Positions 25,479-35,154 of a DNA stretch of 64,000 nucleotides are shown here, in pieces. The first letter of the stretch is position 1. Each line of letters begins with the position of its first letter. The notes beneath the pieces are model-generated. The model saw nothing but the letters and a program-made list of their open reading frames with translations, did no database searches and was not told the origin of the DNA. Made by a program: the position numbers and the translations under genes. Location of the stretch: NCBI GenBank assembly GCA_965661285.1, contig CBFIDD010000001.1:500852-564851 (forward strand), written 5' to 3'. This DNA comes from Poseidonia sp. GTDB lineage: Archaea; Thermoplasmatota; Poseidoniia; Poseidoniales; Poseidoniaceae.

Positions 25479-28400
25479 ATGTCCACGAAGGCGACCAGCC
25501 TCGCTTTTGTGGGCTTGTTGCTGCTCTCCCTCTTCCCGTACACACCCTTCGATAACACCGAGGAGGTTTTTCGCCAACCGGCGCTTGGAGACGCCTTGTT
25601 TTCTGGCTTCACGGTTGGCGGTGCTGACGATGTTTGGAACCAAACGCCGTGGCAAAGCATCGCCGTGCCCGAGGGGTTCTCCTACGAATCCGTGATCGAC
25701 TACAGCGATGTTGGGGTGCTCATCAACAACCTCTCGGAAGAAAGTCGTACCATCGGTTGGGCCTTTGTCGCAGCGAGAAACATCTCGCTTGACCGCGTTT
25801 TCCTCTTCAACGCCTCGGGAACACCAACCGGCGAGACCATCAACAGAAACCAATTCACCACCTATTTCGCAACCCCCTTCCTCGACATGTTACAGAACCG
25901 CACCACGGTGAATGGACTCAACTACCTCGTCACCACCAAGGGGATGCCGCTGCGCGTTTCGGGCGGCAACAACAAGGCCAGTTTCGACCAAGAATTCTCG
26001 CTCTTGGGCGGGGCGTACAACAACTCCATCGGCGGTGATTATTGGGTCACCCACGGCTATGGACCGCTTGCCGGAAAGGCGATGGAACCGTTCACGCGAA
26101 GCAAGTACGGGTTCTTCCTCGTCACCCGACTGACCGGCTACACCGTCGACACAGCGCTCGGCCTTATCGAACGCGCCAACCAAAGTCTCGGACAGCGAGG
26201 CACCTTTGTCTTGGACTTGGCCACCAACCGAAACAATTCGGGCTACAAATTCTGGAACGACGACCTCTACACGGCCAACACAACGCTCAGCCAAGGACTC
26301 GGCTTGCCTGTTCAATTTGATGAAGAAACAGAATTTTTGACCAACATCTCCAACGTCATGGGCTACGCATCGTGGGGAAGCAACGATGGGAATTGGAACA
26401 AAAATTACCTCCCAAACAGCGGATTTGACACGCTGGACACCTCGTGGCAAAGCGGTTCGCGATACTGGACGCACACCTCACCCACCGTGTCGCCTGAGGA
26501 TGCGTTCAACTGGTCGTACCAGACGGATGTGAAACAAGGCGGTAACGGCGCCTTTGAAGCCAGCCTGCGCACCGACTGCGACCAGGACGGCGGAAAAGGC
26601 ATGCAGGGCATTTACGGCGAATATTTTGACAACGACGGCGTCAGTTTCAGCGCCTCAACCATGCCGTCGCTCATCGACCGAAGTCCCGACCGCGTCCAGG
26701 TAGAACCTCATCTCAACCACGGTTCGTCCAACAACGCCTACCCCGGGCTTGACGACCGGTTCAAGACCCACTGGGGAGCGCGCTGGAGTGGGCTAATCGA
26801 TGTTCCTGAGACCGGAAATTGGACCTTTTTCATCAACTCCGACGACGGATCAGAGCTTTGGGTCAACGGTGAATCTCTTGCGACCAATTACGGCATGCAC
26901 GGCATGCGTGAACGTTCAGGCTCCCTCAATTTGACCGAGGGGCTTCATGAATTCCGCATTGAGTTCTTCCAAGGCGGTGGACCTCACGGCCTCATTTTTT
27001 CCTGGCAGGGACCAAACACGAGCAAAGCCGCTGTACCGCCATCTGCGTTCTACGTCGCCAGCCATGGTGTACCCGAATCCTCGAGGCTCGTCCACCACTG
27101 GGCCTTTGAAGACGGTTCGGGAACAACCGCCCTCGACAACGGCACGGATGCGGCCAACATGACGCTGACGGGCATGGACAACAGCAACTGGAGGGCCTGT
27201 GCAGACGGTTCCTGTCTGTGGTACGACGGAACCAATGACATGGCAAAGGTGAACGTGGACGACTGGTACGGGAACATGACGGTGAGTCAGTGGGTTTGGG
27301 CGAACACCTCAGCGCAATCCACCTATGCCTCGACCTTTGCTGTTGACGACCAAGCGGGCTCGAACCTGTCCTTCCAGCACATGATCTCCAGCAATAAATG
27401 GCGATTGCACAACAACCAGACCAGGGTCTTTGGGGACGTGGTCGCCCAGCGCTGGACCCATCTCGTTACCGTGTTTGACGATGGTGATATTCGGCAGTAC
27501 ATGGACGGCGTCTTGGTGAATAACGGCGTCTACCCCAACGGCTCGTTCAACAACATCGACCTGTACAAATTGGGCGTTAATCGGGCTGGAAACGCCTACT
27601 TTGAAGGCATGATCGACGAAGTCATGGTGTGGGATGTTGCGCTTGATGACGATGACATCACCACGCTACGTCGCACCATTATCGACAATTGCACCTCGTA
27701 TTCGGGGGCCGGAAACAACGTCGCCTCACTTGAGACCACCTTTGCTGTGCCAAGCCACCTCATGGACCATGCATGGAACATCTACGTCTATGGAAAGCGG
27801 GACGGTGAAGTGAACGGTGCGTTCCGATTGCATGTCGATGGCGTGGACACCAACGGGACCGTTCTCTCAACCAACACCTCCAGCGTCAAGACGTTCACAA
27901 CAAGTTGGGCCACGCAAACCATGCGCATGCGACCGCATGCCAGTGCAACCGAGTTGACCATCAATGTTCAACTCGACATTGAATCAACCTCGACGGTGGG
28001 TTCGCTTTATGTCGATTCGGTGATCCTGAGAGCCATACGGCCGCACATGGATTGGGTCAACGGTTCCATCGCCGATACGGCCGTCTCCACGGGGGGGCGC
28101 TCGTTCAACTGGGGGACGAGTTATGGGCAGTCGCTCATTGCGGACCTTCTCGAAGACGGGGTGTCGGGTGTCAAAGGCTACGTCTACGAACCGTACCTCA
28201 CGGCCGTTGGCCTTCCCAGCACCTTCCTTCCGACCTATGCTTCGGGCTACAACCTCGCCGAGAGTCACGCTGCCGCCAACCTCTACACGGGTTGGATGGG
28301 CGTGGTGGTTGGCGACCCCAAAATGGCACCTTACATCGATGTCGTTCACGACGTCAACCTCCTCGGCGTCCGTAGCGTTGGCGACGTCAACCAAGGCGAA

Positions 28401-30773
28401 ACCACCACGATTGAAGTGGCTGTGGAGAACCTGGGGATGGCTGCGTCAAACGGCACGCTTGAGATTCGTACCGTTCTCGGAAACACCCTCCTGAACATGA
28501 CCCAACTCAACCTCCCTTCCGGAGATGCAGAGGGGAGCCGAACCACGGTGAACGCGACCGTGGTGCCGCCGACGGATGGCTTGCTCGATTTACGTGTCCG
28601 ATACACGAACGCAAGCCCGGAGAGAAACTATGGCAACAATCTCCTTTCGTTCTCTGTGGACGTCAATGCCCCACCGGAAATTCTTGACGTGTATTGCAGT
28701 GCTTCGGCGCTTTCTCGAGGCGAGTACACCATCTGTTCGGTGGAGGTGAGCGATGATAAGGGCGTCACGAACGTGACCCTCGACTGGCAAATTCTCGGGC
28801 AAAACGAGAGCGTGAACACGTCCCGGTGGTCCACGCTGTACATGGGGTCGGTAAGCCCCACGCTCTGGGAGACTTCCCTGGTGATCCCGACCGACGCAAT
28901 GCTCGGGTCGGTCGCGCTGCAAGCCTTCGCCCGAGACGCCAGCAACATGACGCACATCTTCCTCGTGGAGAACGCCACGCGTGTGGTTGACGCACCGCGA
29001 ACGTGGTACGGCATCCACGTATCAGGGGTGGACCCGCCCAGTTGGAACAACGCCTCAATGTTGCCCAACCGTCCTTCCGTTGGCCTGTACCGACACAAAA
29101 CACATGCCCTGACCGCTTGTGTCATGGACGCCGATTACGAAGCCAACACGCCTGCTCCGTTCTTTTTAACCTCAAGAGGCACTGTTGGAAACGCCATCCT
29201 TCTTCCACAAACTGCGGCTCATCTCTACTGCTATGAAACGTCAATTACCCTCGAAACCGGAAGCGGATTGGACGACGTGGACATTGAACTGCGCGACGCA
29301 GCTGGGTCACTGCTGCTCCAAAGAACCGTCTGTGTGGCCGATAAGGCCCCAGAGGTGATCGTCTCCGTGGAGTCTGTCTCGGGACAACCGCTTGACCGGG
29401 TTGTGGGCGATGGTGATGAATTTGTGCGTATTACGGTGGAGGATGTTGACGACCCGCATACACCCTTTGTGGGTGATCTCACCATCCAATGGCCGGGAGG
29501 CGAGCCCATTCAGTTGCCCCTCGACATCGCCGGGTCGGAGAATTCGACCGTCATCCAACTTGACCAGGTGTTGATTCCGCTCGAGGCGGGGGAACTGACC
29601 TTGAGCACCACGGGCCGCGGCCAACACGGGGCGACAGCCAGCACCACGCTCAACCTTCCGTTCCTTCTCACGCCGCCAAAGATTGAGATGTTTGAGGCGT
29701 GCGATGAAAACGGCGTGGTCCGCAACATGACCTTCGGTCAAATCGCCACGCTGGTGGTGGTCGTCTCGAGCGACCGACCGCTTCAGTCCACAACGGCACA
29801 ACTGACCCAATCGGGATGGGCCATCAACGCACCGACGATGGACGCCCCTGTTTGGGGTGAGGGCGAAGCCCCCGCCTCATGCAGCATGACCGGGGCTGAA
29901 ACGGATGAATGGACAACGTTGTATCTCCGACTCAAACTGGACAACTCGCTTGTGGACGGCCCGGGCAAGGTGATTTTCTCAACGGCAGACCTTGACGGAC
30001 TTGTCCGGTCTCAATCGCTTGAGTTGATGTTCCAGCACGCCCCGACCATGCTCGAAAACCTCACGTTCTCTGAGGCCACTCCGGGCCTTGACCTCTACAC
30101 CAACCTCACCGTGACTGATTTGGACGGATTGGACCGCGTGGTCTGTGCGTTCAACCTCTACGATGCCGGCGATGCCTTGCTGACGACATTTGTAACCCAG
30201 GCTGGCCCTGAGGGTGTCTTCACGAACGCATTGTCGTACCGTTATCCATTGACGGCCGGCCTGGCCAACATGACGTTGGAAGCGAACATCACCTGCCTGG
30301 ATAGTTTGCAGCAGTCGTTTTTCCTCAACGCCACGGTTGAAATCGGTGAGGCCCCCCAGTGCATCGATTGCAGCGCAACGGAAAATACAACGTCGCTACC
30401 GACGACCGAAGGGAGCGCATCAGACCTCACCTTCGTGCTGCCCTTGGCTCTGCTCGCCTCCATTCTTGCCCTAACAGGTTGGTTTGTGAGGCGACGGGGA
30501 GGCGTGCATGAGGATGCGGTTTGGAGCATGGGCGAAACCGAACCGATCGTCAACACCGAGATGTTGTTTGACAGCATGGAAACCGAAGGGCTGTTGGAAG
30601 CGACCGTTGAGGACGAACGTCCCGATATCGTACCCGAAGGTTGGTCCGTTGAGGATTTCAAGCGTTGGTTGGACGGCCCGGTTCCGGACGGTTGGTCGGA
30701 GGAACAGTGGGTTCAGTACGTCAAGGCGTCAACCTCGGCCTTGGAAACGCACGCATCCAAAGCGGAAGGGTGA
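25479..30773 (+). CDS. TIGR03790-family surface protein with PA14, LamG and CARDB-like domains and a C-terminal TM
   Basis: LVTTKGMPLR, LVTRLTG, GYASWGSND; PA14 (NSDDGSELWVNG, IEFFQGGG); LamG (FEGMIDEVMVWD); GVKGYVYEPYL..VVGDP; TM plus tail. Confidence 0.88.
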   Translation: MSTKATSLAFVGLLLLSLFPYTPFDNTEEVFRQPALGDALFSGFTVGGADDVWNQTPWQSIAVPEGFSYESVIDYSDVGVLINNLSEESRTIGWAFVAARNISLDRVFLFNASGTPTGETINRNQFTTYFATPFLDMLQNRTTVNGLNYLVTTKGMPLRVSGGNNKASFDQEFSLLGGAYNNSIGGDYWVTHGYGPLAGKAMEPFTRSKYGFFLVTRLTGYTVDTALGLIERANQSLGQRGTFVLDLATNRNNSGYKFWNDDLYTANTTLSQGLGLPVQFDEETEFLTNISNVMGYASWGSNDGNWNKNYLPNSGFDTLDTSWQSGSRYWTHTSPTVSPEDAFNWSYQTDVKQGGNGAFEASLRTDCDQDGGKGMQGIYGEYFDNDGVSFSASTMPSLIDRSPDRVQVEPHLNHGSSNNAYPGLDDRFKTHWGARWSGLIDVPETGNWTFFINSDDGSELWVNGESLATNYGMHGMRERSGSLNLTEGLHEFRIEFFQGGGPHGLIFSWQGPNTSKAAVPPSAFYVASHGVPESSRLVHHWAFEDGSGTTALDNGTDAANMTLTGMDNSNWRACADGSCLWYDGTNDMAKVNVDDWYGNMTVSQWVWANTSAQSTYASTFAVDDQAGSNLSFQHMISSNKWRLHNNQTRVFGDVVAQRWTHLVTVFDDGDIRQYMDGVLVNNGVYPNGSFNNIDLYKLGVNRAGNAYFEGMIDEVMVWDVALDDDDITTLRRTIIDNCTSYSGAGNNVASLETTFAVPSHLMDHAWNIYVYGKRDGEVNGAFRLHVDGVDTNGTVLSTNTSSVKTFTTSWATQTMRMRPHASATELTINVQLDIESTSTVGSLYVDSVILRAIRPHMDWVNGSIADTAVSTGGRSFNWGTSYGQSLIADLLEDGVSGVKGYVYEPYLTAVGLPSTFLPTYASGYNLAESHAAANLYTGWMGVVVGDPKMAPYIDVVHDVNLLGVRSVGDVNQGETTTIEVAVENLGMAASNGTLEIRTVLGNTLLNMTQLNLPSGDAEGSRTTVNATVVPPTDGLLDLRVRYTNASPERNYGNNLLSFSVDVNAPPEILDVYCSASALSRGEYTICSVEVSDDKGVTNVTLDWQILGQNESVNTSRWSTLYMGSVSPTLWETSLVIPTDAMLGSVALQAFARDASNMTHIFLVENATRVVDAPRTWYGIHVSGVDPPSWNNASMLPNRPSVGLYRHKTHALTACVMDADYEANTPAPFFLTSRGTVGNAILLPQTAAHLYCYETSITLETGSGLDDVDIELRDAAGSLLLQRTVCVADKAPEVIVSVESVSGQPLDRVVGDGDEFVRITVEDVDDPHTPFVGDLTIQWPGGEPIQLPLDIAGSENSTVIQLDQVLIPLEAGELTLSTTGRGQHGATASTTLNLPFLLTPPKIEMFEACDENGVVRNMTFGQIATLVVVVSSDRPLQSTTAQLTQSGWAINAPTMDAPVWGEGEAPASCSMTGAETDEWTTLYLRLKLDNSLVDGPGKVIFSTADLDGLVRSQSLELMFQHAPTMLENLTFSEATPGLDLYTNLTVTDLDGLDRVVCAFNLYDAGDALLTTFVTQAGPEGVFTNALSYRYPLTAGLANMTLEANITCLDSLQQSFFLNATVEIGEAPQCIDCSATENTTSLPTTEGSASDLTFVLPLALLASILALTGWFVRRRGGVHEDAVWSMGETEPIVNTEMLFDSMETEGLLEATVEDERPDIVPEGWSVEDFKRWLDGPVPDGWSEEQWVQYVKASTSALETHASKAEG

Positions 30774-30806
30774 TGTGCTAGCACCGCCTGTGGGCGACTG
30801 AGCAAG

Positions 30807-31043
30807 ATGGCGATTGGATACGTTCTCATCAATGTGCAACCGGGTATGGAACAACGCGTGTACGAGGGGGTCAAAGCGCTCCCGCACGTAACCGATGCTA
30901 CCGTGTTGTTTGGCGACCACGATCTCATTGTCAAGTTGGAAGCCGATGATTTGGCTACCATCGCAAAAGCCGTCGTGGAACATATTCGTTCTGTGGATGG
31001 CGTGGTCAACACCAAAACCCTCGCGGGCGCAGATCTCGATTAA
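30807..31043 (+). CDS. Lrp/AsnC ligand-binding domain protein (stand-alone)
   Basis: GYVLINVQPG..VLFGDHDLIVK..IRSVDGVVNTKT; no HTH. Confidence 0.88.
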   Translation: MAIGYVLINVQPGMEQRVYEGVKALPHVTDATVLFGDHDLIVKLEADDLATIAKAVVEHIRSVDGVVNTKTLAGADLD

Positions 31044-31150
31044 GCCTGTCAAAACCGGGCCACTGAGTAGATATCCGTTCAAAATACGCTCTCGGAATGG
31101 GGTACTGAGCGGCATATGTGGCGCAGTAATGCCTTTTTTCGGGGAAATCA

Positions 31151-31185
31151 TTATATGCTCAACGGTACAAGGCGTACTCGGAGGT
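31151..31185 (+). promoter_or_regulatory. TATA box and Shine-Dalgarno of the MC1 gene
   Basis: TTATAT at 31151-31156 preceded by purine-rich GGGGAAA; GGAGGT at 31180-31185. Confidence 0.6.
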
Positions 31186-31191
31186 AATCCA

Positions 31192-31458
31192 ATGTCAGAC
31201 GGAAAGAAATACTTCGTTCTCATGGAGAACGGAAAAGACACGAGCCAGGTATTTGCGAGCAAACAACCCCGCGGTGCAGCCTTGAAGGCCGCAACCCGCG
31301 GACATGAGACCATCCGCCTACGAGAACGTGGCACCAAGCGTGTCCACGTCTTCAAGGGCAGCATCACGATGGTCCCAAAGCCTGCTGGCGGACCTGACTG
31401 GCTGCCAGATATGATCAAGAAGGCCAACGTCAAGAAGCAAGGCATCGAGCACCTTTGA
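31192..31458 (+). CDS. Non-histone chromosomal protein MC1
   Basis: KYFVLM..VFASKQPRGAALKAATRG..IRLRERGTKRVHVFKG..PDWLP..KANVKKQG matches the MC1 family; 88 aa. Confidence 0.93.
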   Translation: MSDGKKYFVLMENGKDTSQVFASKQPRGAALKAATRGHETIRLRERGTKRVHVFKGSITMVPKPAGGPDWLPDMIKKANVKKQGIEHL

Positions 31459-31505
31459 GTGCAGCCTGCTGCTGACCCTTCTTCCAGCTCTCTGAGTTGT
31501 ACAAC

Positions 31506-31551
31506 GGCCTCTCCCGTGCCAAGGCATGGAAAAGGCCCCACCCCTTTCTTC
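31506..31551 (+). terminator. Putative hairpin and pyrimidine tract downstream of MC1
   Basis: GGCCT..CCGTGCC-AA-GGCATGG..AGGCC followed by CCCCTTTCTTC. Confidence 0.35.
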
Positions 31552-31654
31552 ACCCACCTCGTTAACGATGAGTTCATAAACACGGCCACACACTTCCAAC
31601 CGTCCTCCGGGACATGGGATGCACACCCGCTTCGGCGGGGGGCGGTGACGCCGA

Positions 31655-32740
31655 ATGAACAGACGAGAGATGCGAACGCCACAACCAAAGGCGCGTAAGC
31701 CAAGTCAAATGCGGCTGGCTGAAGAGAAACTCTCACTTCCTGCACGACTCACCCATCTTCGCCATCTTCCTTGGTTGTCATGCTATCAACGTCAACTCCA
31801 AACCGAAAACAAATCGGAAAACACACAAAAATCCTACTTTTACGGCCTGCGCCCGCTGATCGAGACCGTGCTGCCAGGCGAAGATGTGTTGAGTGAAGAG
31901 GCCTACAAACAACTGTCCATCGAAGCCCTCGCCGAACGCATGGAGCCGATGAAGGGACGATTGGACCTCTGGGCGCACAGCATCGCTGGCCTTCGGCCGA
32001 CGACCTACAATGCTCGTCTGGCTGCGGCGCGACACCTCATCAAGTGGCTTGGTTTGCTCTGGCCCGACCATTTACAGCGCGCTCGTACTGGAAAACGACT
32101 CCCTCGCACCCTAACCCGAAGAGAATTGACGACCGTGCTGGAGACCGCCGACGTGAGCGAGAATCCGGCTGCTTCCCTCGTGGTCACCATGATGCTTGAC
32201 ACCGGTTTGCGGGTGAGCGAAGTGTGCGAGTTGAACATCGAAGACATTGATTTTGACGATGGTTCTGCGCGCGTTCTTGGCGGCAAAGGTGACAAAGACC
32301 GTTTGGTCTTGTTTACCGCACGAACCTTGGCTCGCTTGCAAGCATGGATGCCGATACGCACACGATTGGCGCCAGCGGAGGAACAAGCCTGTTTTGTCAA
32401 TCGTCACGGTCGACGGTTGCAACCCCGAGGGGTGCAACGCATGATGGATGCACTCGGCCAAGAAGCGGGTTTGCCCAAAGGAAAACTCACACCGCACGTG
32501 CTGCGCCACAATTTCGCCACCGGCTTGTTGGAGCGAGGGGCCGACTTGGTCACGATTCAACGGCTGATGGGGCACGCCACCATTGCCACCACTCGCGTCT
32601 ATCTCGAAATCTCTGACCAAACCCTCCGTGAGGTCTACCATCGGGCGCAATCCATGCGTGAAGACATGGACGATTCGCCCATTGAAACCATCCCCGTCGA
32701 AGAGACCACCCCGTCAACGAGCACCCACGGCGTGGTGTGA
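31655..32740 (+). CDS. xerA: XerA (XerC/D-family) tyrosine recombinase
   Basis: KRLPRTL, DTGLRVSE, GKGDKDR, TPHVLRHNFAT, LVTIQRLMGHATIATTRVY (R-K-H-R-H-Y set). Exact start uncertain. Confidence 0.9.
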   Translation: MNRREMRTPQPKARKPSQMRLAEEKLSLPARLTHLRHLPWLSCYQRQLQTENKSENTQKSYFYGLRPLIETVLPGEDVLSEEAYKQLSIEALAERMEPMKGRLDLWAHSIAGLRPTTYNARLAAARHLIKWLGLLWPDHLQRARTGKRLPRTLTRRELTTVLETADVSENPAASLVVTMMLDTGLRVSEVCELNIEDIDFDDGSARVLGGKGDKDRLVLFTARTLARLQAWMPIRTRLAPAEEQACFVNRHGRRLQPRGVQRMMDALGQEAGLPKGKLTPHVLRHNFATGLLERGADLVTIQRLMGHATIATTRVYLEISDQTLREVYHRAQSMREDMDDSPIETIPVEETTPSTSTHGVV

Positions 32741-32923
32741 TCAGGTGTTGGATTTCTTTCGTTTTGACACCTGTTCTGGCCCCGTCCACGCCCGATGGGG
32801 ATGGACCTTGTTACCTTGATGGTCCTCAATGGGGCAGTGCTTGCCGGAGCGGCAACGGGAACAGTTTCCTTTCGGTGGTCTTTCGACCGTTTTGCGAAGG
32901 CGTCCATATTTCCGCCTTGGCAT
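32741..32923 (-). CDS. Small basic Cys/His protein (putative Zn-binding), 60 aa
   Basis: ATG start; fills the gap tail-to-tail with xerA; TTTGAAG at -29..-23; CSRC-x4-HC-x4-H motif; Arg/Lys-rich termini. Confidence 0.6.
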   Translation of the reverse strand: MPRRKYGRLRKTVERPPKGNCSRCRSGKHCPIEDHQGNKVHPHRAWTGPEQVSKRKKSNT

Positions 32924-32965
32924 GAACCGTGTTTGAAACGACGGTCTTCAAAGATAGCGCTGGTT

Positions 32966-33469
32966 TCATCCTTTTTTGAACCAAGGCATGTCCTTGACGG
33001 ACTTGGGGACCTTGATGGTGGTGCCTTTTCGGTCTTTGTCCTTGGACGTTTTGAGACTGGTGCCTGCCGACTTGGTTTTCTCGACGATTTTTTCTGCCAC
33101 CTTCTGACCCTTTACGACGGCCTTTTTCGTGGCTTCTTTGGATGCTTTGCTGGCTTTCGCCGAGGCTTTGGATGCCTTCTCGCTCGCCTTTTTCGAAGCG
33201 GCTTTGGCTTTTGAGGTGGCTTTTTTGGCTGATTCTGAGGCATTCTTTGTTGCCTTTTTTGCGGTGGTTTTCGTGGCACTTGCCGCCTTGGCAGCTGCGT
33301 GAACTTTCTTGGCAACAGCGAGCGATAAGCCGGCCTTTTTCAGGTCGCCGACGCTGGCTTTCGCAATGGTTGCCACGGTCGCTAATTTTGCCGCTTGCAA
33401 TTTCTTTGCCGTAGCCGCACCGACTCCGGGAAGCGATGTGAGGCCCGAATCCTTCTGTTTACCTGCCAT
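32966..33469 (-). CDS. Helix-hairpin-helix protein with Lys/Ala-rich histone H1-like tail
   Basis: LTSLPGVGAATAKKL (HhH), then KASKASAKASK repeats; 42 Lys in 167 aa. Confidence 0.85.
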   Translation of the reverse strand: MAGKQKDSGLTSLPGVGAATAKKLQAAKLATVATIAKASVGDLKKAGLSLAVAKKVHAAAKAASATKTTAKKATKNASESAKKATSKAKAASKKASEKASKASAKASKASKEATKKAVVKGQKVAEKIVEKTKSAGTSLKTSKDKDRKGTTIKVPKSVKDMPWFKKG

Positions 33470-33576
33470 GGTTTCACCGGTTGGAGAATAAAAGTGACCT
33501 AACTTGAACCTTCCCTTATCAGAACGATGGTGCCTCTGGCGGTTGTTTCTTGTGCGACGATGCCATAGGGTTCACG

Positions 33577-34464
33577 ATGGAGGACCTTCTTGACGCTGCC
33601 GTTTCGGTGCTGGTCGCCCAGGTGCGTCAAGCCGACGCTTCGCACAAGATTGACACGGCCCATCAACTGCTTCGTGGACGCCACTTCAACGGGCCCAGCA
33701 AGGTGGTCTACCTCGGCGATGTCGCCAAAGCCCTTCTCGCACAATTGGACCACCCCGAGACGCCGGTGTTTACCGAAGCGCCTGGATACAACGAGCAGCG
33801 GTGGGTGCTACGAACGACGAGCGGGGACCTCAGCGTGAGCATCGCTTCTCGCCCTTATTGGGGATGGGGGTTGCTCACCACGGGGTATCTCAACATGATT
33901 CGATTGGAGGGGCCTGTTTCAGCGCGTGCACGGCTGGTGCTTGACGTCGTCAGTTCGCTGGGTCAATCGCCATGGGAGATGGCATACCAGCGTTCGGCGC
34001 AGCGGTGGCTCAACCGGCACCAAAAAGGAAGGCCATTGAAAGAGAACGAGCGGCAATGGCGGGCTCTCTTTCGGCGAGGACGAGACGACTTAAACGAGTT
34101 GATTGAAGCGATGAAGTTGAGGTGCACGGATGTCCTTGAACGGCACGGGGAAGACATCGACCATGCAACGTGGCAGGGGCTCATCGACGAAGACCTGCAC
34201 ATGGCTCAACGCGCCCTTGGCGAAGACAACGCTCCCGGTGTTGAGCGGGCCTTGGCCAGACTCGAGGCAAGTCTCATTCAGTTGAACAATGCGGCAGACG
34301 ATGATGTGGCCACGGCCCCGAAAACCGTGGTCTCCGATGGCTCAGACGTGATGCAGCCAGCCGTTGACGAGGAAGCCCCATCGTTTATCATCAACGCGGC
34401 AAACGAGGCGGACGACATTCCCTTTGTTGACATGGTCAGCATGACGGGCGCTGAAGAAGAATGA
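33577..34464 (+). CDS. Hypothetical protein
   Basis: Long ORF with typical codon usage; start MEDLLD. Confidence 0.75.
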   Translation: MEDLLDAAVSVLVAQVRQADASHKIDTAHQLLRGRHFNGPSKVVYLGDVAKALLAQLDHPETPVFTEAPGYNEQRWVLRTTSGDLSVSIASRPYWGWGLLTTGYLNMIRLEGPVSARARLVLDVVSSLGQSPWEMAYQRSAQRWLNRHQKGRPLKENERQWRALFRRGRDDLNELIEAMKLRCTDVLERHGEDIDHATWQGLIDEDLHMAQRALGEDNAPGVERALARLEASLIQLNNAADDDVATAPKTVVSDGSDVMQPAVDEEAPSFIINAANEADDIPFVDMVSMTGAEEE

Positions 34465-34514
34465 ACCGCGCGTCGCGTTCATAAGGGGGAGGGCGCTGGC
34501 CAAGACCGGTCCAC

Positions 34515-34706
34515 ATGGCAACGAAGAAGAAAAACGACGGCAGCGGCATTCAGCAAGCTGCAGGTTTGATTCGCTATTTCGATGAGGAATCCGAGGAATC
34601 TTGGAAGATCACGCCTGCGCAAGTCTACCTTGCCTGCATCCTTTTGGGTGGTTTCTTTTACCTCGTGAACCAAGGTGTGGTTCAAGCGATTTGGAACCTC
34701 TTCTGA
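34515..34706 (+). CDS. secG: Preprotein translocase subunit Sec61beta
   Basis: GIQQAAGLIRYFDEE..KITPAQV followed by a single TM. Confidence 0.9.
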   Translation: MATKKKNDGSGIQQAAGLIRYFDEESEESWKITPAQVYLACILLGGFFYLVNQGVVQAIWNLF

Positions 34707-34708
34707 AC

Positions 34709-35065
34709 TCAGAGCGCCTGAATCAACACCACTCGCTGGTCGTTTTCAGCCATGCAGCGAGCCACTTCCAACGCCGTTGAGAAATCCTCGGTGACGCCCA
34801 GCACTTCTTCCCCCTCGCTTGTTTGAAGCACCAAGCGATGGGTCAATTCGTGAAGCGTTGAGGCTTCGATACGCTCAAAAATCCAATGTTCATTCTCAAT
34901 TCGAACCAAGGCAGGGACTTCGGTCATGGGGCCCATTTGTTGACCCACACGTTCGGCCCGCGAGGTCAGTGATGCCAAGTCTCGCACCGGGCGCCACAAG
35001 CGTTGTCGCAACGGCATTCTCAATTTTCGATGTGGTTCAACGCCTGCGCGGAAAGCTCGTGCCAT
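34709..35065 (-). CDS. Hypothetical protein
   Basis: 118-aa ORF filling the gap, ATG start. Confidence 0.65.
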   Translation of the reverse strand: MARAFRAGVEPHRKLRMPLRQRLWRPVRDLASLTSRAERVGQQMGPMTEVPALVRIENEHWIFERIEASTLHELTHRLVLQTSEGEEVLGVTEDFSTALEVARCMAENDQRVVLIQAL

Positions 35066-35154
35066 AAGGGTCCCATCCCTGAAATCCGAAGATTTCAGTT
35101 GCCGCTCCTTCGATTCACACTTAAAGGACGCGACGCCAAGGCGGCCTCATCGGC

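Noticed and set aside
31555-31582. Palindrome TCGTTAACGA upstream of xerA as a dif site
   Set aside because: Does not fit the 11-6-11 TAA-N6-TTA dif layout.
31655-32740. Tyrosine recombinase as the integrase of a provirus or island
   Set aside because: XerC/D-like motifs, housekeeping neighbours, no att duplication of the tRNA-Ser 3' end seen, and no viral genes.
32742-32900. Series of hairpins as an ncRNA (SRP or RNase P)
   Set aside because: No SRP or RNase P signature motifs; the region is better explained by the 60-aa minus-strand ORF.
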